A DNA stretch of 64,000 nt from Deferribacterales bacterium. Lineage in GTDB: Bacteria > Chrysiogenota > Deferribacteres > Deferribacterales > Geovibrionaceae. Made by a program: the position numbers and the translations under genes. The notes below the pieces were generated by a model, which saw nothing but the letters and a program-made list of their open reading frames with translations, searched no databases and was not told the origin of the DNA. The stretch is from assembly GCA_050251875.1 (NCBI GenBank), contig JBFWMA010000006.1, forward strand, positions 1 through 64,000. The letters are read 5' to 3'. This document shows positions 38,496 through 47,715 of this stretch, in pieces; position 1 is the stretch's first letter, and each line of letters starts with the position of its first letter.

Positions 38496-39537
38496 TTTTT
38501 ATTGAAAGTTTTTGTCTGACGCTTTTATATACCAAATATATAAGAAGTATTCCTGCGGCAATTCCGTGATATACCGTTCCGCCCTCTTTTTCTCCGCTGA
38601 AAGAAGAGGCGAAATGACCTCCGTCAGCGAACAGCATATCTATCACCACAGCAGAAGCCAGCGTAAAAAACATTATCGAAAACAGATAAACCGCCACAGC
38701 CTTTTTTCCCAGAAACTGCCTGACGATGTTTATTGTCACAATGTTTGTGGCAGGTGCCGCCGCCAGAAAGATGAACGCCGCCCCGGGAGTGAACCCGGCG
38801 AGCACAAGCGACAGAGCCACAGGGATAGCCGACACGGAACAGACATAAAGAGGAATACCCACAGCCAGAGCGGCAAAATATCCCATCCACACCCCGCCTG
38901 TCACTCCGCTCATGGTGTCAGGAGTAATCAGCATGGTTATCAGCCCGGCTATCAGAAGCCCCAGAAGCAGAGGGAAAGCCATATCTCCCAGCAGTTCCAC
39001 AAAAGCATATGAAAATATTGATTTAATCTTCGAAACAACAGTCTTCTTCTCTTCCACCTTCTCTCCGGAACAGCACGAAGACGCACACCCGCATGATTTC
39101 TGTTCCTCCGGTTCCGGCGCTTCCTCTCTGTCAAACATATCTGTGAGGGCTCCTGCGACCACTGCGGACAGAAAAGCAGACACCACACGAAAAGCCGTGA
39201 TGATCCACCCGAAAACGCCGTATGTGGCTATGATGGAGTCAGCGCCTGTCATGGGGGTGGATATAAAGAAACTTGTCACTGCGCCTTTTCCCGCCCCGCT
39301 CTTTCTCAGTGACGCCGCCAGCGGTATCACACCGCATGAGCAGACGGGAAGCGGAATCCCGATCACAGCGGCACGCACGGAAGACATCAGCCCCCTGCCG
39401 CCAAGATGTTTTTTGATATAGCTGTCAGAGACAAACTCGTGGATTATGCCCGCAGTGAGAAGTCCAACGATAATATACAGAGACATTAGCGAACTTATGT
39501 TCCAAACAGACTGAACAAAGGTGTATAATATATTCAT
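38485..39537 (-). CDS. DUF318/ArsP-family permease (SO_0444-like, putative metal efflux)
   Basis: GIPLPVCSCGVIP, STPMTGADS, GIPLYVCS, AAPATN; Cys-rich linker SCGCASSCCSG; GGAG SD before ATG 39537. Confidence 0.85.
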   Translation of the reverse strand: MNILYTFVQSVWNISSLMSLYIIVGLLTAGIIHEFVSDSYIKKHLGGRGLMSSVRAAVIGIPLPVCSCGVIPLAASLRKSGAGKGAVTSFFISTPMTGADSIIATYGVFGWIITAFRVVSAFLSAVVAGALTDMFDREEAPEPEEQKSCGCASSCCSGEKVEEKKTVVSKIKSIFSYAFVELLGDMAFPLLLGLLIAGLITMLITPDTMSGVTGGVWMGYFAALAVGIPLYVCSVSAIPVALSLVLAGFTPGAAFIFLAAAPATNIVTINIVRQFLGKKAVAVYLFSIMFFTLASAVVIDMLFADGGHFASSFSGEKEGGTVYHGIAAGILLIYLVYKSVRQKLSIKTAG

Positions 39538-39760
39538 AATACTCTCCGGCAATTCATACATAATTGATATGAATATTTTGTTTGATTGTCAAGCTATTTT
39601 TTTACAAAACATACCAGCTATTTATGCAGATATTCATATTATAATATATGTTAGGCAGCGAAAAAAAGTTATCGATTAACCTCAACAGGTTAGTATAATT
39701 TTTAGCATTCGATAATATTTTTCGTCTTGACATTATTGTTATAAAGTGGAAAAATTTTGT

Positions 39761-39779
39761 AATGATATTTTTTATCATT
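39761..39779. promoter_or_regulatory. Fur/PerR-like operator upstream of cytochrome c peroxidase
   Basis: AATGATA-TTTTT-TATCATT; core TGATATTTTTTATCA has 2 mismatches to TGATAATnATTATCA; TTGACA at 39727-39732. Confidence 0.6.
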
Positions 39780-39797
39780 TCAAACAGAGGAGGCATT

Positions 39798-40862
39798 ATG
39801 AAAACTTTATTGCTGAGCAGAAGGGCGAATCTGCTCCAAGTACTTTTTGCGGCCGCTATGTTCCTGACATTCGGCACAGCGAACGCTCAGGACGCGCTGA
39901 TGAAAGAGGCTCAGGCTACATTCCAGCCTATCCCCTCAAAAGCACCCGCTATCAAGGGCAACGCAGCCACACCGGTTAAAGTGGAGCTCGGTAAAATGCT
40001 CTACTTCGACCCCAGACTTTCAAAAAGCGGATTTATAAGCTGTAACTCCTGCCATAACGTTGGCATGGGCGGTATGGACTATCAGAAAACATCCACAGGA
40101 CACGGATGGAAACAAGGTCCCAGAAACGCCCCCACAGTTCTGAACTCTGTTTTCAACGTTGCTCAGTTCTGGGACGGCAGAGCGAAAGACCTTGCCGAGC
40201 AGGCTAAAGGACCCGTTCAGGCTGGCGTAGAGATGAACAACACACCCGAAAACGTTATCAAAACACTCAACAGCATGCCTCAGTATGTCACTATGTTCAA
40301 ACAGGCTTTCCCCAAAGAGAAAGACCCGGTGACATTCGACAACATGGCAAAAGCTATCGAAGTTTTCGAGGCAACACTCATCACTCCCGATTCCAGATTC
40401 GACAAATATCTGAAAGGCGACTCAAAAGCTCTGTCAGCTAATGAGAAAAAAGGTCTTAAACTGTTCATGGACAACGGATGTTCCGGATGTCACTCCGGCG
40501 TTAACATGGGCGGAGACGGATACTACACAATGGGCGTAATGGAAAGACCCGCAGAAGCCATCATGGCAGGCGACACAGGCAGATTCAAAGTGACAGAGGC
40601 GAAAGATGACGAGTTCTCCTTCAAATCACCCTCACTGAGAAACATCGACCTGACACCTCCCTACTTCCACTCAGGCGCTATATGGAGCCTTAAAGAAGCT
40701 ATTCAGGTGATGAACACCAGCCAGCTCGGATCTAAAATGTCAGATGCCGATCTCGTTCTGGTTGAAGCGTTCCTGAAATCAGCCACAGGTGTTCAGCCCA
40801 AAGTTGTTCACCCCGTGCTTCCCGCACCCACAGACGCCACACTGAAACCGGCGCTCGACTAA
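39798..40862 (+). CDS. ccpA: Bacterial di-heme cytochrome c peroxidase
   Basis: Signal peptide, LGKMLYFDPRLS, CNSCH and CSGCH heme motifs, RNAPTV, QFWDGRA, FKSPSLRN, PYFHSG; GGAGG SD before ATG 39798. Confidence 0.95.
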   Translation: MKTLLLSRRANLLQVLFAAAMFLTFGTANAQDALMKEAQATFQPIPSKAPAIKGNAATPVKVELGKMLYFDPRLSKSGFISCNSCHNVGMGGMDYQKTSTGHGWKQGPRNAPTVLNSVFNVAQFWDGRAKDLAEQAKGPVQAGVEMNNTPENVIKTLNSMPQYVTMFKQAFPKEKDPVTFDNMAKAIEVFEATLITPDSRFDKYLKGDSKALSANEKKGLKLFMDNGCSGCHSGVNMGGDGYYTMGVMERPAEAIMAGDTGRFKVTEAKDDEFSFKSPSLRNIDLTPPYFHSGAIWSLKEAIQVMNTSQLGSKMSDADLVLVEAFLKSATGVQPKVVHPVLPAPTDATLKPALD

Positions 40863-40871
40863 CAAACTCCT

Positions 40872-40899
40872 AAGGCGGTCTTCTGACCGCCTTTTTTTT
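40872..40899 (+). terminator. Rho-independent terminator after ccpA
   Basis: AAGGCGGTC-TTCT-GACCGCC followed by T8. Confidence 0.88.
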
Positions 40900-40975
40900 C
40901 CTTTAATCTTGATTGTCATTTTACAATTCTCTGTATACAATATTACTTATTATTCACTTATTCCCGGAGGACACC

Positions 40976-42595
40976 TTGAGTATCAGAAAAAAGCTCATCA
41001 GCGTTGTTATCATCATCAATCTTCTCATAATCTCTATCTATGTTATGTATGTCGCAGGCATCAAGAAGGAATCCGTTTATCAGAAGATAGACTCCACCCT
41101 GCTTGCCGCCGCCGCTTCATCCAAGCCGAATCTGATAAATTATCACTTCAGCATATCCCAGAAAGACCCGTCTGAAGAACAGTATAAAAAACTGCTTCTG
41201 GCGCAGGGCGATGCGGCAGAGATATGCGGAGTTGAGTTCATATACTCCGCCATTAAAAAAGACGGTAAATTCTATTTCACCTCTGATTCCGCCTCTGAAG
41301 AAGACTTTAAAACAGGCGACATCAGCGAATATATGTCTGAATATGAAGACGCCAGCCCGAAAATGGACGAGGCGCTCTCCTCTTCACAGCCCCAATATGA
41401 CGAATACACCGATGAATGGGGCGCTCACCGCTCTATCTTTCTGCCTCTGGGCACCATAGGCGGGCATCAGGCGCTGATAGGCGTGGACTATCCCATGACA
41501 GAGCTGAAGTCAGAAATCAGAAGCGCTGTTCTGGGCGCTCTGTGGCGGGGCGGTCTGCTCTTCGTCCTCAGCACAGCCGCTTTCGTGGTTCTTTTGAACC
41601 CCATAATATCAAACGCCCAGAAGCTGATAAGCAGACTGGAAAATATGACTAAAAGCGGGCTCGATCTCACATCGAAAGTAGAGATTTCTTCCGGAGACGA
41701 GTTCGGACGTATAGCAGAGAAATTCAACCTGTTCGTGGACACCACCAGAGCCTCTCTTTCTGATATCATGGCGCAGGTGGACATAATATCCCGCTCCGGA
41801 TACACTCTGGAAAACAGCGTGAACGATATATCATCAGGCATCAGCACACAGGCGCTGGAGGTGGAAGACCTGCGCATATCCATAGACGAGATGAACGGCA
41901 GTATCAGCCAGATAGCCGGAAACTCCGTGGAGACATCCAGAAAGGCTTCCGAGACTCTGGATATAACCAACAACAGCAAATCATCAGTGCAGATAACCAT
42001 AGATCAGATAGGCGATATAGCCGACAGTATTGAACAGAACCTTCAGTTCATAGAACGCCTGCGCTCATCCGCAGACGCCATCGGCTCTATCAGCAGTGTT
42101 ATCAACGACATAGCAGACCAGACAAACCTTCTGGCGCTGAACGCCGCCATAGAAGCCGCCAGAGCCGGAGAACACGGCAGAGGATTCGCCGTGGTGGCTG
42201 ACGAAGTGCGCAAGCTGGCGGAAAAAACACAGAACTCGACCAAAGAGATATACAGCACCATAAACAGCCTTCAGACAGAGATGCAGGGAATAGTGGAGAA
42301 CTTTCACGAGACCACTCAGAAGTCGGAGAAGGGAAAAGAGATAGCGGACATCATAGGCGTGAGCATCGACACCATAGCCGAGCACACGACCACCACGGCA
42401 GACATGATAACCCAGATAGCCGCCGCCGCGGAACAGCAGTCTTCATCCACCACTGTCATATCCGACAAGGTGAACAACATAAACGAGATAGCCCATAGAA
42501 ACAGTGACGACCTGAGCAACATCAGCAGTTCGGCTGTGGAGCTGAACAACGTTGTGACCCAGCTGAAAAAAGCCGTATCAGTTTTCAGGATATAA
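40976..42595 (+). CDS. Transmembrane methyl-accepting chemotaxis protein (periplasmic PDC-like, HAMP, MA domains)
   Basis: Two TMs, [58 protein letters not shown] start 40976 after GGAGG. Confidence 0.93.
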   Translation: MSIRKKLISVVIIINLLIISIYVMYVAGIKKESVYQKIDSTLLAAAASSKPNLINYHFSISQKDPSEEQYKKLLLAQGDAAEICGVEFIYSAIKKDGKFYFTSDSASEEDFKTGDISEYMSEYEDASPKMDEALSSSQPQYDEYTDEWGAHRSIFLPLGTIGGHQALIGVDYPMTELKSEIRSAVLGALWRGGLLFVLSTAAFVVLLNPIISNAQKLISRLENMTKSGLDLTSKVEISSGDEFGRIAEKFNLFVDTTRASLSDIMAQVDIISRSGYTLENSVNDISSGISTQALEVEDLRISIDEMNGSISQIAGNSVETSRKASETLDITNNSKSSVQITIDQIGDIADSIEQNLQFIERLRSSADAIGSISSVINDIADQTNLLALNAAIEAARAGEHGRGFAVVADEVRKLAEKTQNSTKEIYSTINSLQTEMQGIVENFHETTQKSEKGKEIADIIGVSIDTIAEHTTTTADMITQIAAAAEQQSSSTTVISDKVNNINEIAHRNSDDLSNISSSAVELNNVVTQLKKAVSVFRI

Positions 42596-42628
42596 AAAAA
42601 GCGGGAGTTTTTCTCCCGCTTATTTTTT
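42595..42628. terminator. Bidirectional terminator
   Basis: A-tract, GCGGGAG-TTTTT-CTCCCGC, TTATTTTTT between convergent genes. Confidence 0.8.
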
Positions 42629-43572
42629 TATAAAGCGTTGTGGGGTCTTTTGCCTTCGAACACCGTCAAAACACTGTCGCAGCAGAGAGCACCCATCGCC
42701 TTTCTGGTGTCTGTGGTTCCGCTCCCTATGTGGGGCAGCAGTGTCACATTATCCAGCTTAAGAAGCCTCTCCTCAATCTTCGGCTCAAACTCATAAACAT
42801 CGAGCCCGGCGGCAAAAATCAGCTTCCGCTCCAGAGCATCAGCCAGATCAGCCTCTTTTATGATCTCTCCCCTGCCTATGTTCACCAGCACGGCGGTGCG
42901 CTTCATCTTTTTAAAAGTATCCAGAGTAAATTTATGCTTAGTCCCTTCATTCGCCGGAGCGGTGATTATCACAAAGTCGCTTTTGGTCACCAGTTCATCG
43001 AAATCAGCCATCACGGCTCCTGTCAGAAGCTCCTGCTGAAACTTTCTGGTTCTGGCGCAGTACATTATGTTCATATTGAACCCTGACGCCATCTTTGCTA
43101 CAGCCTGACCTATGCGCCCGAAGCCGAAAATACCGATGGTCTTGCCATAGAGATCGACACCCAGCATCATGTCCGATTTCCAGCCGTGGAATTTTCCGTC
43201 ACGGGTGAACTTGTCCGATTCCACCACACGTCTGGCGGACGCCATTATCAGAGAGAATCCCAGCTCTGCTGTGGCCTGTGTCAGAACATCCGGCGTGTTG
43301 CACACGGTTATCCCCCGTTCTTTGGCGTATGCCACGTCTATATTGTTATAGCCCACGGCATAGTTGGCTATCACTTTCAGCTTTCCGCACTGATTCATCA
43401 CATCCGCTGTTATCTTGTCTGACAGCATGGAAATAACAGCGTCACAGTCCTTCAGACGGCTGATGAGGTCATCCGGAGAAAGTGCCTTGTCTGTGTTGTT
43501 ATAGTCCACTTCATGCCCCTTCAGATGCCCCATAACATCATAAGGAAGTTTTGCGGTAATCAATATTTTCAT
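42628..43572 (-). CDS. D-2-hydroxyacid dehydrogenase (glyoxylate reductase / D-glycerate dehydrogenase family)
   Basis: NYAVGYNNID, NTPDVLT, GIFGFGRIG, NIGRG, GLDVYEFEP, LPHIGS. Confidence 0.92.
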   Translation of the reverse strand: MKILITAKLPYDVMGHLKGHEVDYNNTDKALSPDDLISRLKDCDAVISMLSDKITADVMNQCGKLKVIANYAVGYNNIDVAYAKERGITVCNTPDVLTQATAELGFSLIMASARRVVESDKFTRDGKFHGWKSDMMLGVDLYGKTIGIFGFGRIGQAVAKMASGFNMNIMYCARTRKFQQELLTGAVMADFDELVTKSDFVIITAPANEGTKHKFTLDTFKKMKRTAVLVNIGRGEIIKEADLADALERKLIFAAGLDVYEFEPKIEERLLKLDNVTLLPHIGSGTTDTRKAMGALCCDSVLTVFEGKRPHNAL

Positions 43573-43618
43573 GTTTCACCTCACACCGCATATTACTACT
43601 TAAAAAATGATAATCAAC

Positions 43619-43647
43619 TTGAAAAAAAGCCTGATAAAGTACATAAT
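43619..43647 (+). promoter_or_regulatory. Sigma70-type promoter for gatCAB
   Basis: TTGAAA-N17-CATAAT. Confidence 0.55.
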
Positions 43648-43664
43648 GTTGATTCTATATTCCG

Positions 43665-43786
43665 CCTCCCTTTTATAAAACATTTGCCTATGTCGCAAAT
43701 GTTTCTATTCCCAGCTTGCTGGAAAATGGAGGCTGGGAGGGATTTTCTCAAGAAATCTCCCCTACCCCCTCTTTGAAAAAGAGGGG
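43665..43786. repeat. Repeat family C: inverted pair of AAATC-C-rich leader plus C/G hairpin units
   Basis: AAATCTCCCCTACCCCCTCTTTGAAAAAGAGGGG (43753-43786) and an inverted unit CCTCC...GGAGGCTGGGAGGGATTT containing nested hairpins. Confidence 0.7.
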
Positions 43787-43809
43787 AACAAATACACAGA
43801 GGTACGAAA

Positions 43810-44103
43810 GTGTCAGAAACTGTCTCAAAACAGGATGTATTACACATCGCCACCCTCGCCAGACTCAAGTTTGACGATGAAACGGCGGAAAGATTCAAAA
43901 ACGACCTGAACAATATCCTCGGATATATCGATAAGCTCAATGAGCTGAACACCGACAATATAGAGCCCACATCCCACGCTCTGGACGTATACACCGTCAC
44001 CAGAGAGGACAAGGCGGCAGAATCACTGTCCAATGAGGACGCTCTGAGAAACTCCGCAAGCACAGAGAACGGATGCTTCCGTGTGCCCAAAGTGATAGAG
44101 TAA
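43810..44103 (+). CDS. gatC: Asp/Glu-tRNA amidotransferase subunit C
   Basis: HIATLARL, IEPTSH, RED, FRVPKVIE; GAGG SD and GTG start; precedes gatA. Confidence 0.96.
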   Translation: MSETVSKQDVLHIATLARLKFDDETAERFKNDLNNILGYIDKLNELNTDNIEPTSHALDVYTVTREDKAAESLSNEDALRNSASTENGCFRVPKVIE

Positions 44104-44113
44104 GGGGGCACGC

Positions 44114-45571
44114 ATGAACATACTGGGAAAAAACCTCAAAGAACTCTCCGAATCTCTGAACAAAAAAGAGATATCTTCAGCGGAACTGACACAGTTCTAT
44201 CTGGACAGAATAGCGAAATATGACGGCGAAATATGCGCCTATAACTATGTGAACCCCAACGTTCTGGAGCAGGCAAAAGCCGTGGACGCAAAAAGGGCGA
44301 AGGGCGAAGCACTGCCCACATACGCCGGAATCCCCATGGCTCTGAAAGACCTGATAATTCAGAAGGATATGCCCGCCACATGCTCTTCCAAGATTCTGGA
44401 GGGATTCATTCCCCCGTTTCAGGGCACAGCGGCAGGTCTTCTGGAGGAAGCGGGTTTCCTGTGTCTGGGCAAACTCAGCATGGACGAGTTCGCCATGGGC
44501 TCATCCAACGAAACAGCCTATTATAAAAAAACCAGAAACCCGTGGGACACAGCAAAAGTCCCCGGCGGATCATCAGGCGGCTCAGCGGCTTCTGTGGCGG
44601 CCGGACTCACCACATTCGCTCTGGGGAGCGACACAGGCGGATCTATCAGACAGCCTGCGTCTCTGTGCGGTATAGTCGGCATGAAGCCCACATACGGCAG
44701 GGTATCACGTTTCGGGCTCATCGCCTTCGCCTCTTCGCTGGATCAGATCGGTCCTATGACATCGACTATGTACGATAACGCCGCAATCCTGAGCGTCATC
44801 GGAAAATATGATAAAAAAGACTCCACATGCTTCAACACACCGGAAGTTGACTATACTAAATACCTCACAGGCGATGTGAAGGGAATGAAGATAGGCGTTC
44901 CGAAAGAATATTTCGCCGAGGGCATCACACAGGAAGTGAGAGATGCCGTGAACGGCGCTATCAAAGCCTATGAAGCCATGGGTTGCGAGATAGTGGAAAT
45001 AAGCATGCCCCACACAGAGTATGCGGTAGCCACATATTACATCCTCGCCACTGCGGAGGCGTCCAGCAACCTGGGACGCTATGACGGCATCCGTTTCGGA
45101 TACAGAGCTGAGGCGGACAACCTGAAGGATATGTACTACAACACCCGTTCAGAAGGTTTCGGAGATGAGGTGAAACGCCGCATCATGCTCGGAACATACG
45201 TTCTGAGCGCCGGATATTATGACGCTTATTACATCAAAGCACAGAAGGTGAGAACACTCATCAAGCAGGACTTTGTTCAGGCTTTTGAGAAGGTGGACGC
45301 CATAATATGCCCCACTTCTCCCACCACGGCCTTCAAGTCAGGCGAGAAGATGAACGATCCGCTCCAGATGTATCTGAGCGACATCAACACCATCTCGCTG
45401 AACCTCTACGGCGGATGCGGACTGTCCATGCCTTGCGGATTCGACAAGGACGGCATGCCCATCGGCGTACAGCTTCTGGGAAAATATTTTGACGAAGGCA
45501 GGCTTTATAACCTCGCCTATGCTTACGAACAGCAGGCAAAACTGCCCGTTATGCCCGAAAAACTGAAATAA
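44114..45571 (+). CDS. gatA: Asp/Glu-tRNA amidotransferase subunit A
   Basis: Amidase signature MDEFAMGSS, PGGSSGGSAA, GSDTGGSIRQPA, KPTYGRVSR, EVKRRIMLGTY. Confidence 0.98.
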   Translation: MNILGKNLKELSESLNKKEISSAELTQFYLDRIAKYDGEICAYNYVNPNVLEQAKAVDAKRAKGEALPTYAGIPMALKDLIIQKDMPATCSSKILEGFIPPFQGTAAGLLEEAGFLCLGKLSMDEFAMGSSNETAYYKKTRNPWDTAKVPGGSSGGSAASVAAGLTTFALGSDTGGSIRQPASLCGIVGMKPTYGRVSRFGLIAFASSLDQIGPMTSTMYDNAAILSVIGKYDKKDSTCFNTPEVDYTKYLTGDVKGMKIGVPKEYFAEGITQEVRDAVNGAIKAYEAMGCEIVEISMPHTEYAVATYYILATAEASSNLGRYDGIRFGYRAEADNLKDMYYNTRSEGFGDEVKRRIMLGTYVLSAGYYDAYYIKAQKVRTLIKQDFVQAFEKVDAIICPTSPTTAFKSGEKMNDPLQMYLSDINTISLNLYGGCGLSMPCGFDKDGMPIGVQLLGKYFDEGRLYNLAYAYEQQAKLPVMPEKLK

Positions 45572-45572
45572 A

Positions 45573-45643
45573 AAATCCACCCCAGCCCTCCTTTGAAAAA
45601 GGAGGGGGCTCCCCCTTTTCCAAAGGGGGAAAAAGGGGGATTT
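45573..45643. repeat. Repeat family C: inverted pair between gatA and gatB
   Basis: AAATCCACCCCAGCCCTCCTTTGAAAAAGGAGGG followed by inverted TCCCCCTTTTCCAAAGGGGGAAAAAGGGGGATTT. Confidence 0.75.
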
Positions 45644-45660
45644 CTTAAAAAAGGATATAG

Positions 45661-47088
45661 ATGATGAGCTACGAACCAGTTATCGGACTTGAAGTCCACG
45701 TTCAGATGTCAACGGACAGCAAGATTTTTTGCACATGTTCAAATAAATTCGGCTCAGACCCGAACACTAACGTATGCCCCGTGTGCCTCGGCATGCCCGG
45801 CGTTCTGCCAGTTCTCAATGAGAAGGTGGTGGATTTCACGGTAAAAGCCGGTCTGGCGCTGAACTGTCAGATACGCAACAAGAGTGTATTTGCCAGAAAG
45901 AACTATTTTTACCCCGACCTGCCCAAGGCATATCAGATTTCTCAGTATGAACTGCCCATCTGCGAGCACGGTCACATAGACATTGAGCTGGAAGACGGCA
46001 CAACAAAGCGAATCGGCATCACCCGCATCCACATAGAAGAGGACGCAGGAAAGCTGAACCACGAGGCTGACGCCAGCCTTGTTGACCTGAACCGTACCGG
46101 AACACCTCTGATGGAGATTGTTTCCGAGCCCGACCTCAGAAGCGCGGAGGAAGCGAAAGCCTATCTGCAAAAGCTGAAAACAATTCTGGAATATGTTGAA
46201 GTGTCCGACTGCAACATGGAGGAAGGCTCCATGAGATGTGACGCTAACGTATCCATCCGCCCCGACTCCAACGCACCTTTTGGCACTCGTGCAGAGATCA
46301 AAAACGTAAACTCTTTCAGAAACGTGGAAAGAGCTATCAAATATGAGCAGAAGAGACAGGAAAAGGTACTGAAAGAAGGCGGAAAGATAGTTCAGGAGAC
46401 ACGCCTCTTCAACGCAGACACAGGCGTCACAGCCAGTATGCGCGGAAAAGAGGATGCCCACGACTACAGATATTTTCCGGATCCCGACCTTGTGCCTGTG
46501 GTTCTGGAGAACAAATTTATCGATGATATCAGAGCATGGATGCCTGAACTGCCGGATGTGAAAAAAGAGCGTTTTATGAAAGAATACGCCCTCTCCGCTA
46601 TAGACGCTGAGTTTCTGGTATCTGTGAAGGCATACGCCGAATATTTTGAGCAGGCGGTGAAAGCCCATAACAACCCCAAAGGCATATGCAACTGGATAAT
46701 GGGCGAGCTGATGCGCAGGCTGAATGACAAACAGTGCGCCATAAACGAGGCTGGCGTTACACCTGAAAACCTCGCTGAAGTGGTTAAGCTGATAGACGAA
46801 GGCAAGATAAGCGGAAACATAGCCAAACAGGTCTTTGACGAATGCGCTGAAACAGGCAAGAAACCCGCTGATATCGTTTCGGCAAAAGGTCTGGTACAGA
46901 ACAGCAACGAAGATGAGCTGGAAGCCATCGTGAAACAGGTTCTGGAAGCTAACCCCGCAGAAGCCGAAAGATATAAAAACGGCGACCAGAAACTTCAGGG
47001 ATTCTTTATGGGGCAGATTATGAAAGCCTCTAAAGGCAAGGCAAACCCCGGAGTTGTTGCGCCTCTGCTGAAGAAACTGACAAGCTGA
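45661..47088 (+). CDS. gatB: Asp/Glu-tRNA amidotransferase subunit B
   Basis: VIGLEVH, RKNYFYPDLPK, HIEEDAGK, NRTGTPLMEIV, RCDANVS, YRYFPDPDL; YqeY-like tail. Confidence 0.98.
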   Translation: MMSYEPVIGLEVHVQMSTDSKIFCTCSNKFGSDPNTNVCPVCLGMPGVLPVLNEKVVDFTVKAGLALNCQIRNKSVFARKNYFYPDLPKAYQISQYELPICEHGHIDIELEDGTTKRIGITRIHIEEDAGKLNHEADASLVDLNRTGTPLMEIVSEPDLRSAEEAKAYLQKLKTILEYVEVSDCNMEEGSMRCDANVSIRPDSNAPFGTRAEIKNVNSFRNVERAIKYEQKRQEKVLKEGGKIVQETRLFNADTGVTASMRGKEDAHDYRYFPDPDLVPVVLENKFIDDIRAWMPELPDVKKERFMKEYALSAIDAEFLVSVKAYAEYFEQAVKAHNNPKGICNWIMGELMRRLNDKQCAINEAGVTPENLAEVVKLIDEGKISGNIAKQVFDECAETGKKPADIVSAKGLVQNSNEDELEAIVKQVLEANPAEAERYKNGDQKLQGFFMGQIMKASKGKANPGVVAPLLKKLTS

Positions 47089-47090
47089 GA

Positions 47091-47140
47091 AGATTGCTTT
47101 TCTTTTCGTCATTGCGAGGAATGAAATGACGAAGCAATCT
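47091..47140 (+). repeat. Repeat family D (GTCATTGCGAG...GCAATCT), half element
   Basis: AGATTGCTT...GTCATTGCGAGGAATGAAATGACGAAGCAATCT. Confidence 0.7.
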
Positions 47141-47163
47141 CAAACATATATTGAGGTTATGAC

Positions 47164-47583
47164 ATGCTGGAAAAAATAGACCACATCGGCATCGCCGTAA
47201 ACAATCTGGAAGAGGCTGTGAAATTCTATACAACTATGGGCATCAAGCCTAACCACTTCGAAGAAGTGGAAAGCCAAAAGGTAAAAGTTGCCTTCATCAA
47301 GGTAGGCGAGAGCAACATTGAGCTTCTGGAGCCCACCAGCCCCGAAAGCCCCATCGCCAAATATATCGAGAAAAAAGGCGAAGGCATACACCACATAGCC
47401 TATGCGGTTGCCAATATTGACAAGGCGCTGAAAAAGCTGAAAGAGGACGGCGCAAAGCTCATTAACGAAGAGCCTATGGACGGAGCCCACGGAAAGAAAG
47501 TGGCGTTCGTTCACCCGAAATCAGTGAACGGAGTGCTGACAGAGCTCTGCATGGACGCATGTTCCTGCGATTGCGAACACTAA
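47164..47583 (+). CDS. mce: Methylmalonyl-CoA epimerase (VOC family)
   Basis: [41 protein letters not shown]. Confidence 0.93.
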   Translation: MLEKIDHIGIAVNNLEEAVKFYTTMGIKPNHFEEVESQKVKVAFIKVGESNIELLEPTSPESPIAKYIEKKGEGIHHIAYAVANIDKALKKLKEDGAKLINEEPMDGAHGKKVAFVHPKSVNGVLTELCMDACSCDCEH

Positions 47584-47591
47584 TAAACTAG

Positions 47592-47618
47592 AAAGGCGGT
47601 CAAATGACCGCCTTTTTT
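47592..47618 (+). terminator. Rho-independent terminator after mce
   Basis: AAAGGCGGTC-AAAT-GACCGCCTTTTTT. Confidence 0.85.
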
Positions 47619-47632
47619 ATTGATATATTTAC

Positions 47633-47705
47633 GTCATTGCGAGCCTGCTGTAGCAGGCGTGGCAATCTCATGAGATTGCGTCGTCACTACGTTCCTCGCA
47701 ATGAC
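47633..47705. repeat. Repeat family D, complete palindromic MITE-like element
   Basis: GTCATTGCGAG-CCTGCTGTAGCAGG-CGTGGCAATCTCATGAGATTGC-GTCGTCACTACGTTC-CTCGCAATGAC; 11-bp perfect terminal inverted repeats. Confidence 0.82.
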
Positions 47706-47715
47706 AAAACAGTTT

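Noticed and set aside
45754..47112. 452-aa antisense ORF over gatB (similar: 20424-21629 over acnA, 50738-51682 over proA, 5449-6348 over the ArnT-like gene)
   Set aside because: Shadow ORFs opposite conserved genes; no motifs, unusual composition; explained by sense-strand codon bias.
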